From NCBI GenBank assembly GCA_964016885.1, contig OZ024740.1, positions 442,618,001-442,682,000 on the forward strand: a stretch of DNA of 64,000 nt. Direction: 5' to 3'. Each line of letters starts with the position of its first letter. Position 1 is the first letter of the stretch. Below are positions 39,601-54,600 of this stretch, piece after piece. The notes below the pieces were generated by a model, which worked only from the letters and a program-made list of their open reading frames with translations, did not search any database and was not told where the DNA came from. Both the position numbers and the translations under genes were made by a program. Origin of the DNA: Eledone cirrhosa. Lineage: Eukaryota.

Positions 39601-42600
39601 GACAGTTACCTTACATATGAAGTACATGAGTGTAGTAGACATTTACCTTGCATGTGAAGTACATGATGGTAGAGACAGTTACCTTACATGTGAAGTACAT
39701 GACTGTAGAGACAGTTACCTTACATGTGAAGTACATAACTGTAGAGACAGTTACCTTACATGTGAAGTACATGAGTGTAGAGACAGTTACCTTACATATG
39801 AAGTACATGACTGTAGAGAGAGTTACCTTACATGTGAAGTACATGACTGTAGAGACAGTTACCTTACATGTGAAGTACATGACTGTAGAGACAGTTACCT
39901 TACATGTGAAGTACATGACTGTAGAGACAGTTACCTTACATGTGAAGTACATGACTGTAGAGACAGTTACCTTACATGTGAAGTACATAACTGTAGAGAC
40001 AGTTACCTTACATGTGAAGTACATGAGTGTAGAGACAGTTACCTTACATGTGAAGTACATGGCTGTAGAGAGAGTTACCTTACATGTGAAGTACATAACT
40101 GTAGAGACAGTTACCTTACATGTGAAGTACATGACTGTAGAGACAGTTACCTTACATGTGAAGTACATGACTGTAGAGAGAGTTACCTTACATGTGAAGT
40201 ACATAACTGTAGAGACAGTTACCTTACATGTGAAGTACATGACTGTAGAGACAGTTACCTTACATGTGAAGTACATGACTGTAGAGACAGTTACCTTACA
40301 TGTGAAGTACATGAGTGTAGAGAGAGTTACCTTACATGTGATATACATGACTGTAGAGACTGTTACATTACATGTGAAGTACATTACTGTAGAGACAGTT
40401 AGTTTATATGTAAAGTACATGAATGTAGAGAGAGTTACCTTACATGTGGAGTACATGACTGTAGAGAGAGTTACCTTACATGTGAAGTACATAACTGTAG
40501 AGACAGTTACCTTACATGTGAAGTACATGACTGTAGAGACAGTTACCTTACATGTGAAGTACATGACTGCAGAGAGAGTTACCATACATGTGAAGTACAT
40601 GACTGTAGAGACAGTTACCTTACATGTGAAGTACATGACTGTAGAGACAGTTACCTTACATGTGAAGTACATGACGGTAGAGACAGTTACCTTACATGTG
40701 AAGTACATGACTGTAGAGACAGTTAGCTTACATGTGAAGTACATAACTGTAGAGACAGTTACCTTACATGTGAAGTACATGACTGTAGAGACAGTTAGCT
40801 TACGTGTGAAGTACATGACTGTAGAGACAGTTAGCTTACGTGTGAAGTACATGACTGTAGAGACAGTTACCTTACATGTGAAGTACATGACTGTAGAGAC
40901 AGTTAGCTTACGTGTGAAGTACATGACTGTAGAGACAGTTACCTTACATGTGAAGTACATGAGTGTAGAGACAGTTACCTTACATGTGAAGTACATGAGT
41001 GTAGAGACAGTTACCTTACATGTGAAGTACACGACTGTAGAGACAGTTACCTTACATGTGAAGTACATGTGTGTAGAGACAGTTACCTTACATGTGAAGT
41101 ACACGACTGTAGAGACAGTTTCCTTACATGTGTAGTACACGACTGTAGAGACAGTTACCTTACATGCGAAGTACATGAGTGTAGAGACAGTTACCTTACA
41201 TGCGAAGTACATGACTGTAGAGAGAGTTACTTTACATTTGAAGTACATGACTGTAGAGACAGGTACCTTACATGTGAAGTACATGACTGTAGAGACAGGT
41301 ACATTACATGTGAAGTACATGAGTGTAGAGACAGTTACCTCATATGTGAAGTACATGAGTGTAGAGGCAGTTACCTTACATGTGAAGTACATGAGTGTAG
41401 AGACAGTTACCTTACATGTGAAGTACATGACTGTAGAGAGTGTTACCTTACATGTGAAGTACATGACTGTAGAGACAGTTACCTTACATGTGAAGTGCAT
41501 GACTGTAGAGACAGTTACCTTACATGTGAAGTACATGACTGTAGAGAGAGTTACCTTACATGTGAAGTACATGAGTGTAGAGACAGTTACCTTACATGTG
41601 AAGTACATGACTGTAGAGAGTGTTACCTTACATGTGAAGTACATGACTGTAGAGACAGTTACCTTACATGTGAAGTACATGACTGTAGAGACAGTTACCT
41701 TACATGTGAAGTACATGACTGTAGAGAGAGTTACCTTACATGTGAAGTACATGACTGTAGAGACATTTACCTTACATGTGAAGTGCATGAGTGTAGAGAC
41801 AGTTACCTTACATGTAAAGTATATGACTGTAGAGACAGTTACCTTACATGTGAAGTACATGATTGAAGAGACAGTTACATTACATGTGAAGTACATGATT
41901 GAAGAGACAGTTACCTTACATGTGGAGTACATGACTGTAGAGATAGTTACCTTACATGTGAAGTGCATGAGTGTAGAGACAGTTAACTTACATGTGAAGT
42001 GCATGACTGTAGACAGAGTTACTTTACATGTAAAGTACAAGACTGTAGAGACAGTTACCTTACATGTGAAGTACATGAGTGTAGAGACAGTTAACTTACA
42101 TGTGAAGTGCATGAGTGTAGACAGAGTTACTTTACATGTGAAGTACAAGACTGTAGAGACAGTTACCTTATATGTGAAGTACATGATTGTAGACACAGTT
42201 ATCTTACATCTGAAGTACATGACAGTAGAGAGAGTTAGATTTTATGTGAAGTACATGAATGTAGAGACTGTTACCTTACATATGAAGTACATGACTGTAG
42301 AGAGTGTTACCTTAATGTGAAGTACATGACTGTAGAGACAGTTACCTTACATGTGAAGTACATGACTGTAGAGACAGTTAGCTTACATGTGAAGTACATG
42401 ACTGTAGAGACAGTTACCTTACATGTGAAGTACATGAGTGTATAGACCGTTACCTTATATGTGAAGTACATGACTGTAGAGACAGTTACCTTACATGTGA
42501 AGTACATGACTGTAGAGATAGTTACCTTACATGTGAAGTACATGACTGTAGAGACAGTTAGCTTACATGTGAAGTACATGACTGTAGAGATAGTTACCTT

Positions 42601-45600
42601 ACATGTGAAGTACATGACTGTAGAGATAGTTACCTTACATGTCACGTACATGACTGTAGAGATAGTTACCTTACATGTGAAGTACATGAGTGTAGTAGAC
42701 ATTTACCTTGCATGTGAAGTACATGACGGTAGAGACAGTTACCTTACATGTGAAGTACATGACTGTAGAGACAGTTACCTTACATATGAAGTACATGAGT
42801 GTAGTAGACATTTACCTTGCATGTGAAGTACATGACGGTAGAGACAGTTAACTTACATGTGAAGTACATGACTGTAGAGACAGTTACCTTACATGTGAAG
42901 TACATAACTGTAGAGACAGTTACCTTACATGTGAAGTACATGAGTGTAGAGACAGTTACCTTACATATGAAGTACATGACTGTAGAGACAGTTACCTTAC
43001 ATGTGAAGTACATGACTGTAGAGACAGTTACCTTACATGTGAAGTACATGACTGTAGAGACAGTTACCTTACATGTGAAGTACATGACTGTAGAGACAGT
43101 TACCTTACATGTGAAGTACATAACTGTAGAGACAGTTACCTTATATGTGAAGTACATGAGTGTAGAGACAGTTACCTTACATGTGAAGTACATGACTGTA
43201 GAGAGAGTTACCTTACATGTGAAGTACATAACTGTAGAGACAGTTACCTTACATGTGAAGTACATGAGTGTAGAGACAGTTACCTTACATGTGAAGTACA
43301 TGACTGTAGAGACAGTTACCTTACATGTGAAGTACATGACTGTAGAGACAGTTACCTTACATGTGATGTACATGACTGTAGAGACAGTTACCTTACATGT
43401 GAAGTACATGACTGTAGAGACAGTTACCTTACATGTGAAGTACATAACTGTAGAGACAGTTACCTTACATGTGAAGTACATGAGTGTAGAGACAGTTACC
43501 TTACATGTGAAGTACATGACTGTAGAGAGAGTTACCTTACATGTGAAGTACATAACTGTAGAGACAGTTACCTTACATGTGAAGTACATGACTGTAGAGA
43601 CAGTTACCTTACATGTGAAGTACATGACTGCAGAGAGAGTTACCTTACATGTGAAGTACATAACTGTAGAGACAGTTACCTTACATGTGAAGTACATGAC
43701 TGTAGAGACAGTTACCTTACATGTGAAGTACATGACTGCAGAGAGAGTTACCATACATGTGAAGTACATGACTGTAGAGACAGTTACCTTACATGTGAAG
43801 TACATGACTGTAGAGACAGTTACCTTACATGTGAAGTACATGAGTGTAGAGAGAGTTACCTTACATGTGATATACATGACTGTAGAGACTGTTACATTAC
43901 ATGTGAAGTACATTACTGTAGAGACAGTTAGTTTATATGTGAAGTACATGAATGTAGAGAGAGTTACCTTACATGTGGAGTACATGACTGTAGAGAAAGT
44001 TAACTTATATGTGAAGTACATGAGTGTAGAGACAGTTAGTTTATATGTGAAGTACATGAGTGTAGAGACAGTTAGTTTATATGTGAAGTACATGACTGTA
44101 GAGACAGGTACCTAACATTGGAATTACATGAGTGTAGAGACAGTTAGCTTACGTGTGAAGTACATGACTGTAGAGACAGTTACCTTACATGTGAAGTACA
44201 TGACTGTAGAGACAGTTAGCTTACGTGTGAAGTACATGACTGTAGAGACAGTTACCTTACATGTGAAGTACATGAGTGTAGAGACAGTTAGTTTATATGT
44301 GAAGTACATGAGTGTAGAGACAGTTAGTTTATATGTGAAGTACATGACTGTAGAGACAGGTACCTAACATTGGAATTACATGAGTGTAGAGAGAGTTACC
44401 TTACATGTGAAGTACATGACTGTAGAGATAGTTACCTTACATGTGAAGTACATGACTGTAGAGACAGTTAGCTTACGTGTGAAGTACATGACTGTAGAGA
44501 CAGTTACCTTACATGTGAAGTACATGAGTGTAGAGACAGTTACCTTACATGTGAAGTACATGAGTGTAGAGACAGTTACTTTACATGTGAAGTACATGAT
44601 TGAAGAGACAGTTACATTACATGTGAAGTACATGATTGAAGAGACAGTTACCTTACATGTGAAGTACATGACTGTAGAGATAGTTACCTTACATGTGAAG
44701 TGCATGAGTGTAGAGACAGTTAACTTACATGTGAAGTGCATGACTGTAGACAGAGTTACTTTACATGTAAAGTACAAGACTGTAGAGACAGTTACCTTAC
44801 ATGTGAAGTACATGAGTGTAGAGACAGTTAACTTACATGTGAAGTGCATGAGTGTAGACAGAGTTACTTTACATGTGAAGTACAAGACTGTAGAGACAGT
44901 TACCTTATATGTGAAGTACATGATTGTAGACACAGTTATCTTACATCTGAAGTACATGACAGTAGAGAGAGTTAGATTTTATGTGAAGTACATGAATGTA
45001 GAGACTGTTACCTTACATATGAAGTACATGACTGTAGAGAGTGTTACCTTAATGTGAAGTACATGACTGTAGAGACAGTTACCTTACATGTGAAGTACAT
45101 GACTGTAGAGACAGTTAGCTTACATGTGAAGTACATGACTGTAGAGACAGTTACCTTACATGTGAAGTACATGAGTGTATAGACCGTTACCTTATATGTG
45201 AAGTACATGACTGTAGAGACAGTTACCTTACATGTGAAGTACATGACTGTAGAGATAGTTACCTTACATGTGAAGTACATGACTGTAGAGACAGTTCGCT
45301 TACATGTGAAGTACCTGACTGTAGAGAGAGTTACCTTACATGTGGAGTACATGACTGTAGAGAAAGTTAACTTATATGTGAAGTACATGAGTGTAGAGAC
45401 AGTTAGTTTATATGTGAAGTACATGAGTGTAGAGACAGTTAGTTTATATGTGAAGTACATGACTGTAGAGACAGGTACCTAACATTGGAATTACATGAGT
45501 GTAGAGACAGTTAGCTTACGTGTGAAGTACATGACTGTAGAGACAGTTACCTTACATGTGAAGTACATGACTGTAGAGACAGTTAGCTTACGTGTGAAGT

Positions 45601-48600
45601 ACATGACTGTAGAGACAGTTACCTTACATGTGAAGTACATGAGTGTAGAGACAGTTAGTTTATATGTGAAGTACATGAGTGTAGAGACAGTTAGTTTATA
45701 TGTGAAGTACATGACTGTAGAGACAGGTACCTAACATTGGAATTACATGAGTGTAGAGAGAGTTACCTTACATGTGAAGTACATGACTGTAGAGATAGTT
45801 ACCTTACATGTGAAGTACATGACTGTAGAGACAGTTAGCTTACGTGTGAAGTACATGACTGTAGAGACAGTTACCTTACATGTGAAGTACATGAGTGTAG
45901 AGACAGTTACCTTACATGTGAAGTACATGAGTGTAGAGACAGTTACTTTACATGTGAAGTACATGATTGAAGAGACAGTTACATTACATGTGAAGTACAT
46001 GATTGAAGAGACAGTTACCTTACATGTGAAGTACATGACTGTAGAGATAGTTACCTTACATGTGAAGTGCATGAGTGTAGAGACAGTTAACTTACATGTG
46101 AAGTGCATGACTGTAGACAGAGTTACTTTACATGTAAAGTACAAGACTGTAGAGACAGTTACCTTACATGTGAAGTACATGAGTGTAGAGACAGTTAACT
46201 TACATGTGAAGTGCATGAGTGTAGACAGAGTTACTTTACATGTGAAGTACAAGACTGTAGAGACAGTTACCTTATATGTGAAGTACATGATTGTAGACAC
46301 AGTTATCTTACATCTGAAGTACATGACAGTAGAGAGAGTTAGATTTTATGTGAAGTACATGAATGTAGAGACTGTTACCTTACATATGAAGTACATGACT
46401 GTAGAGAGTGTTACCTTAATGTGAAGTACATGACTGTAGAGACAGTTACCTTACATGTGAAGTACATGACTGTAGAGACAGTTAGCTTACATGTGAAGTA
46501 CATGACTGTAGAGACAGTTACCTTACATGTGAAGTACATGAGTGTATAGACCGTTACCTTATATGTGAAGTACATGACTGTAGAGACAGTTACCTTACAT
46601 GTGAAGTACATGACTGTAGAGATAGTTACCTTACATGTGAAGTACATGACTGTAGAGACAGTTCGCTTACATGTGAAGTACATGACTGTAGAGATAGTTA
46701 CCTTACATGTGAAGTACATGACTGTAGAGATAGTTACCTTACATGTCACGTACATGACTGTAGAGATAGTTACCTTACATGTGAAGTACATGAGTGTAGT
46801 AGACATTTACCTTGCATGTGAAGTACATGACGGTAGAGACAGTTACCTTACATGTGAAGTACATGACTGTAGAGACAGTTACCTTACATATGAAGTACAT
46901 GAGTGTAGTAGACATTTACCTTGCATGTGAAGTACATGACGGTAGAGACAGTTAACTTACATGTGAAGTACATGACTGTAGAGACAGTTACCTTACATGT
47001 GAAGTACATAACTGTAGAGACAGTTACCTTACATGTGAAGTACATGAGTGTAGAGACAGTTACCTTACATATGAAGTACATGACTGTAGAGACAGTTACC
47101 TTACATGTGAAGTACATGACTGTAGAGACAGTTACCTTACATGTGAAGTACATGACTGTAGAGACAGTTACCTTACATGTGAAGTACATGACTGTAGAGA
47201 CAGTTACCTTACATGTGAAGTACATAACTGTAGAGACAGTTACCTTATATGTGAAGTACATGAGTGTAGAGACAGTTACCTTACATGTGAAGTACATGAC
47301 TGTAGAGAGAGTTACCTTACATGTGAAGTACATAACTGTAGAGACAGTTACCTTACATGTGAAGTACATGAGTGTAGAGACAGTTACCTTACATGTGAAG
47401 TACATGACTGTAGAGACAGTTACCTTACATGTGAAGTACATGACTGTAGAGACAGTTACCTTACATGTGATGTACATGACTGTAGAGACAGTTACCTTAC
47501 ATGTGAAGTACATGACTGTAGAGACAGTTACCTTACATGTGAAGTACATAACTGTAGAGACAGTTACCTTACATGTGAAGTACATGAGTGTAGAGACAGT
47601 TACCTTACATGTGAAGTACATGACTGTAGAGAGAGTTACCTTACATGTGAAGTACATAACTGTAGAGACAGTTACCTTACATGTGAAGTACATGACTGTA
47701 GAGACAGTTACCTTACATGTGAAGTACATGACTGCAGAGAGAGTTACCTTACATGTGAAGTACATAACTGTAGAGACAGTTACCTTACATGTGAAGTACA
47801 TGACTGTAGAGACAGTTACCTTACATGTGAAGTACATGACTGCAGAGAGAGTTACCATACATGTGAAGTACATGACTGTAGAGACAGTTACCTTACATGT
47901 GAAGTACATGACTGTAGAGACAGTTACCTTACATGTGAAGTACATGAGTGTAGAGAGAGTTACCTTACATGTGATATACATGACTGTAGAGACTGTTACA
48001 TTACATGTGAAGTACATTACTGTAGAGACAGTTAGTTTATATGTGAAGTACATGAATGTAGAGAGAGTTACCTTACATGTGGAGTACATGACTGTAGAGA
48101 AAGTTAACTTATATGTGAAGTACATGAGTGTAGAGACAGTTAGTTTATATGTGAAGTACATGAGTGTAGAGACAGTTAGTTTATATGTGAAGTACATGAC
48201 TGTAGAGACAGGTACCTAACATTGGAATTACATGAGTGTAGAGACAGTTAGCTTACGTGTGAAGTACATGACTGTAGAGACAGTTACCTTACATGTGAAG
48301 TACATGACTGTAGAGACAGTTAGCTTACGTGTGAAGTACATGACTGTAGAGACAGTTACCTTACATGTGAAGTACATGAGTGTAGAGACAGTTAGTTTAT
48401 ATGTGAAGTACATGAGTGTAGAGACAGTTAGTTTATATGTGAAGTACATGACTGTAGAGACAGGTACCTAACATTGGAATTACATGAGTGTAGAGAGAGT
48501 TACCTTACATGTGAAGTACATGACTGTAGAGATAGTTACCTTACATGTGAAGTACATGACTGTAGAGACAGTTAGCTTACGTGTGAAGTACATGACTGTA

Positions 48601-51600
48601 GAGACAGTTACCTTACATGTGAAGTACATGAGTGTAGAGACAGTTACCTTACATGTGAAGTACATGAGTGTAGAGACAGTTACTTTACATGTGAAGTACA
48701 CGACTGTAGAGACAGTTACCTTACATGCGAAGTACATAACTATAGAGAAAGTTTCCTTACATGTGAAGTACACGACTGTAGAGGCAGTTTCCTTACATGT
48801 GAAGTACAAGACTGTAGAGACAGTTTCCTTACATGTGAAGTACATGACTGTAGAGACAGTTACCTTACATGCGAAGTACATGACTGTAGAGACAGTTACC
48901 TTACATGCGAAGTACATAACTATAGAGAAAGTTTCCTTACATGTGAAGTACATGACTGTAGAGACAGGTACCTTACATGTGAAGTACATGACTGTAGAGA
49001 CAGTTACCTTACATGTGAAGTACATGACTGTAGAGACAGTTAACTTACATGTGAAGTACATTAGTGTAGAGAGAGTTACCTTACATGTGAAATACATGAC
49101 TGTAGAGACAGTTAACTTACATGTGAAGTACATGAGTGTAGAGAGAGTTACCTTACATGTGAAGTACATGAGTGTAGAGACAGTTACCTTACATGTGAAG
49201 TACATGACTGTAGAGACATTTACCTTACATGTGAAGTACATGACTGTAGAGATAGATACCTTACATGTGAAGTACATGAGTGTAGAGACAGTTACCTTAC
49301 ATGTGAAGTACATGAGTGTAGAGACAGTTACCTTACATGTGAAGTACATGAGTGTAGAGACAGTTACCTTACATGTGAAGTACATGACTGTAGAGAGAGT
49401 TACCTTACATGTGAAGTACATGACTGTAGAGACAGTTACCTTACATGTGAAGTACATGACTGTAGAGACAGTTACCTTATATGTGAAGTACATGAGTGTA
49501 GAGACAGTTACCTTACATGTGAAGTACATGAGTGTAGAGACAGTTACCTTATATGTGAAGTACATGACTGTAGAGACAGTTACCTTACATGTGAAGTACA
49601 TGACTGTAGAGAGAGTTACCTTACATGTGAAGTACATGACTGTAGAGACAGTTACCTTACATGTGAAGTACATGACTGTAGAGACAGTTACCTTACATGT
49701 GAAGTACATGACTGTAGAGATAGTTACCTTACATGTGAAGTGCATGAGTGTAGAGACAGTTAACTTACATGTGAAGTGCATGACTGTAGACAGAGTTACT
49801 TTACATGTAAAGTACAAGACTGTAGAGACAGTTACCTTACATGTGAAGTACATGAGTGTAGAGACAGTTAACTTACATGTGAAGTGCATGACTGTAGACA
49901 GAGTTACTTTACATGTGAAGTACAAGACTGTAGAGACAGTTACCTTATATGTGAAGTACATGATTGTAGACACAGTTATCTTACATCTGAAGTACATGAC
50001 AGTAGAGAGAGTTAGATTTTATGTGAAGTACATGAATGTAGAGACTGTTACCTTACATATGAAGTACATGACTGTAGAGAGTGTTACCTTAATGTGAAGT
50101 ACATGACTGTAGAGACAGTTAGCTTACATGTGAAGTACATGACTGTAGAGACAGTTACCTTACATGTGAAGTACATGAGTGTATAGACCGTTACCTTATA
50201 TGTGAAGTACATGACTGTAGAGACAGTTACCTTACATGTGAAGTACATGACTGTAGAGATAGTTACCTTACATGTGAAGTACATGACTGTAGAGACAGTT
50301 AGCTTACATGTGAAGTACATGACTGTAGAGATAGTTACCTTACATGTGAAGTACATGACTGTAGAGATAGTTACCTTACATGTGAAGTACATGACTGTAG
50401 AGATAGTTACCTTACATGTGAAGTACATGAGTGTAGTAGACATTTACCTTGCATGTGAAGTACATGACGGTAGAGACAGTTACCTTACATGTGAAGTACA
50501 TGACTGTAGAGACAGTTACCTTACATATGAAGTACATGAGTGTAGTAGACATTTACCTTGCATGTGAAGTACATGATGGTAGAGACAGTTACCTTACATG
50601 TGAAGTACATGACTGTAGAGACAGTTACCTTACATGTGAAGTACATAACTGTAGAGACAGTTACCTTACATGTGAAGTACATGAGTGTAGAGACAGTTAC
50701 CTTACATATGAAGTACATGACTGTAGAGAGAGTTACCTTACATGTGAAGTACATGACTGTAGAGACAGTTACCTTACATGTGAAGTACATAACTGTAGAG
50801 ACAGTTACCTTACATGTGAAGTACATGAGTGTAGAGACAGTTACCTTACATATGAAGTACATGACTGTAGAGAGAGTTACCTTACATGTGAAGTACATGA
50901 CTGTAGAGACAGTTACCTTACATGTGAAGTACATGACTGTAGAGACAGTTACCTTACATGTGAAGTACATGACTGTAGAGACAGTTACCTTACATGTGAA
51001 GTACATGACTGTAGAGACAGTTACCTTACATGTGAAGTACATAACTGTAGAGACAGTTACCTTACATGTGAAGTACATGAGTGTAGAGACAGTTACCTTA
51101 CATGTGAAGTACATGGCTGTAGAGAGAGTTACCTTACATGTGAAGTACATAACTGTAGAGACAGTTACCTTACATGTGAAGTACATGACTGTAGAGATAG
51201 TTACCTTACATGTGAAGTACATGACTGTAGAGACAGTTCGCTTACATGTGAAGTACATGACTGTAGAGATAGTTACCTTACATGTGAAGTACATGACTGT
51301 AGAGATAGTTACCTTACATGTCACGTACATGACTGTAGAGATAGTTACCTTACATGTGAAGTACATGAGTGTAGTAGACATTTACCTTGCATGTGAAGTA
51401 CATGACGGTAGAGACAGTTACCTTACATGTGAAGTACATGACTGTAGAGACAGTTACCTTACATATGAAGTACATGAGTGTAGTAGACATTTACCTTGCA
51501 TGTGAAGTACATGACGGTAGAGACAGTTAACTTACATGTGAAGTACATGACTGTAGAGACAGTTACCTTACATGTGAAGTACATAACTGTAGAGACAGTT

Positions 51601-54600
51601 ACCTTACATGTGAAGTACATGAGTGTAGAGACAGTTACCTTACATATGAAGTACATGACTGTAGAGACAGTTACCTTACATGTGAAGTACATGACTGTAG
51701 AGACAGTTACCTTACATGTGAAGTACATGACTGTAGAGACAGTTACCTTACATGTGAAGTACATGACTGTAGAGACAGTTACCTTACATGTGAAGTACAT
51801 AACTGTAGAGACAGTTACCTTATATGTGAAGTACATGAGTGTAGAGACAGTTACCTTACATGTGAAGTACATGACTGTAGAGAGAGTTACCTTACATGTG
51901 AAGTACATAACTGTAGAGACAGTTACCTTACATGTGAAGTACATGAGTGTAGAGACAGTTACCTTACATGTGAAGTACATGACTGTAGAGACAGTTACCT
52001 TACATGTGAAGTACATGACTGTAGAGACAGTTACCTTACATGTGATGTACATGACTGTAGAGACAGTTACCTTACATGTGAAGTACATGACTGTAGAGAC
52101 AGTTACCTTACATGTGAAGTACATAACTGTAGAGACAGTTACCTTACATGTGAAGTACATGAGTGTAGAGACAGTTACCTTACATGTGAAGTACATGACT
52201 GTAGAGAGAGTTACCTTACATGTGAAGTACATAACTGTAGAGACAGTTACCTTACATGTGAAGTACATGACTGTAGAGACAGTTACCTTACATGTGAAGT
52301 ACATGACTGCAGAGAGAGTTACCTTACATGTGAAGTACATAACTGTAGAGACAGTTACCTTACATGTGAAGTACATGACTGTAGAGACAGTTACCTTACA
52401 TGTGAAGTACATGACTGCAGAGAGAGTTACCATACATGTGAAGTACATGACTGTAGAGACAGTTACCTTACATGTGAAGTACATGACTGTAGAGACAGTT
52501 ACCTTACATGTGAAGTACATGAGTGTAGAGAGAGTTACCTTACATGTGATATACATGACTGTAGAGACTGTTACATTACATGTGAAGTACATTACTGTAG
52601 AGACAGTTAGTTTATATGTGAAGTACATGAATGTAGAGAGAGTTACCTTACATGTGGAGTACATGACTGTAGAGAAAGTTAACTTATATGTGAAGTACAT
52701 GAGTGTAGAGACAGTTAGTTTATATGTGAAGTACATGAGTGTAGAGACAGTTAGTTTATATGTGAAGTACATGACTGTAGAGACAGGTACCTAACATTGG
52801 AATTACATGAGTGTAGAGACAGTTAGCTTACGTGTGAAGTACATGACTGTAGAGACAGTTACCTTACATGTGAAGTACATGACTGTAGAGACAGTTAGCT
52901 TACGTGTGAAGTACATGACTGTAGAGACAGTTACCTTACATGTGAAGTACATGAGTGTAGAGACAGTTAGTTTATATGTGAAGTACATGAGTGTAGAGAC
53001 AGTTAGTTTATATGTGAAGTACATGACTGTAGAGACAGGTACCTAACATTGGAATTACATGAGTGTAGAGAGAGTTACCTTACATGTGAAGTACATGACT
53101 GTAGAGATAGTTACCTTACATGTGAAGTACATGACTGTAGAGACAGTTAGCTTACGTGTGAAGTACATGACTGTAGAGACAGTTACCTTACATGTGAAGT
53201 ACATGAGTGTAGAGACAGTTACCTTACATGTGAAGTACATGAGTGTAGAGACAGTTACTTTACATGTGAAGTACACGACTGTAGAGACAGTTACCTTACA
53301 TGCGAAGTACATAACTATAGAGAAAGTTTCCTTACATGTGAAGTACACGACTGTAGAGGCAGTTTCCTTACATGTGAAGTACAAGACTGTAGAGACAGTT
53401 TCCTTACATGTGAAGTACATGACTGTAGAGACAGTTACCTTACATGCGAAGTACATGACTGTAGAGACAGTTACCTTACATGCGAAGTACATAACTATAG
53501 AGAAAGTTTCCTTACATGTGAAGTACATGACTGTAGAGACAGGTACCTTACATGTGAAGTACATGACTGTAGAGACAGTTACCTTACATGTGAAGTACAT
53601 GACTGTAGAGACAGTTAACTTACATGTGAAGTACATTAGTGTAGAGAGAGTTACCTTACATGTGAAATACATGACTGTAGAGACAGTTAACTTACATGTG
53701 AAGTACATGAGTGTAGAGAGAGTTACCTTACATGTGAAGTACATGAGTGTAGAGACAGTTACCTTACATGTGAAGTACATGACTGTAGAGACATTTACCT
53801 TACATGTGAAGTACATGACTGTAGAGATAGATACCTTACATGTGAAGTACATGAGTGTAGAGACAGTTACCTTACATGTGAAGTACATGAGTGTAGAGAC
53901 AGTTACCTTACATGTGAAGTACATGAGTGTAGAGACAGTTACCTTACATGTGAAGTACATGACTGTAGAGAGAGTTACCTTACATGTGAAGTACATGACT
54001 GTAGAGACAGTTACCTTACATGTGAAGTACATGACTGTAGAGACAGTTACCTTATATGTGAAGTACATGAGTGTAGAGACAGTTACCTTACATGTGAAGT
54101 ACATGAGTGTAGAGACAGTTACCTTATATGTGAAGTACATGACTGTAGAGACAGTTACCTTACATGTGAAGTACATGACTGTAGAGAGAGTTACCTTACA
54201 TGTGAAGTACATGACTGTAGAGACAGTTACCTTACATGTGAAGTACATGACTGTAGAGACAGTTACCTTACATGTGAAGTACATGACTGTAGAGATAGTT
54301 ACCTTACATGTGAAGTGCATGAGTGTAGAGACAGTTAACTTACATGTGAAGTGCATGACTGTAGACAGAGTTACTTTACATGTAAAGTACAAGACTGTAG
54401 AGACAGTTACCTTACATGTGAAGTACATGAGTGTAGAGACAGTTAACTTACATGTGAAGTGCATGACTGTAGACAGAGTTACTTTACATGTGAAGTACAA
54501 GACTGTAGAGACAGTTACCTTATATGTGAAGTACATGATTGTAGACACAGTTATCTTACATCTGAAGTACATGACAGTAGAGAGAGTTAGATTTTATGTG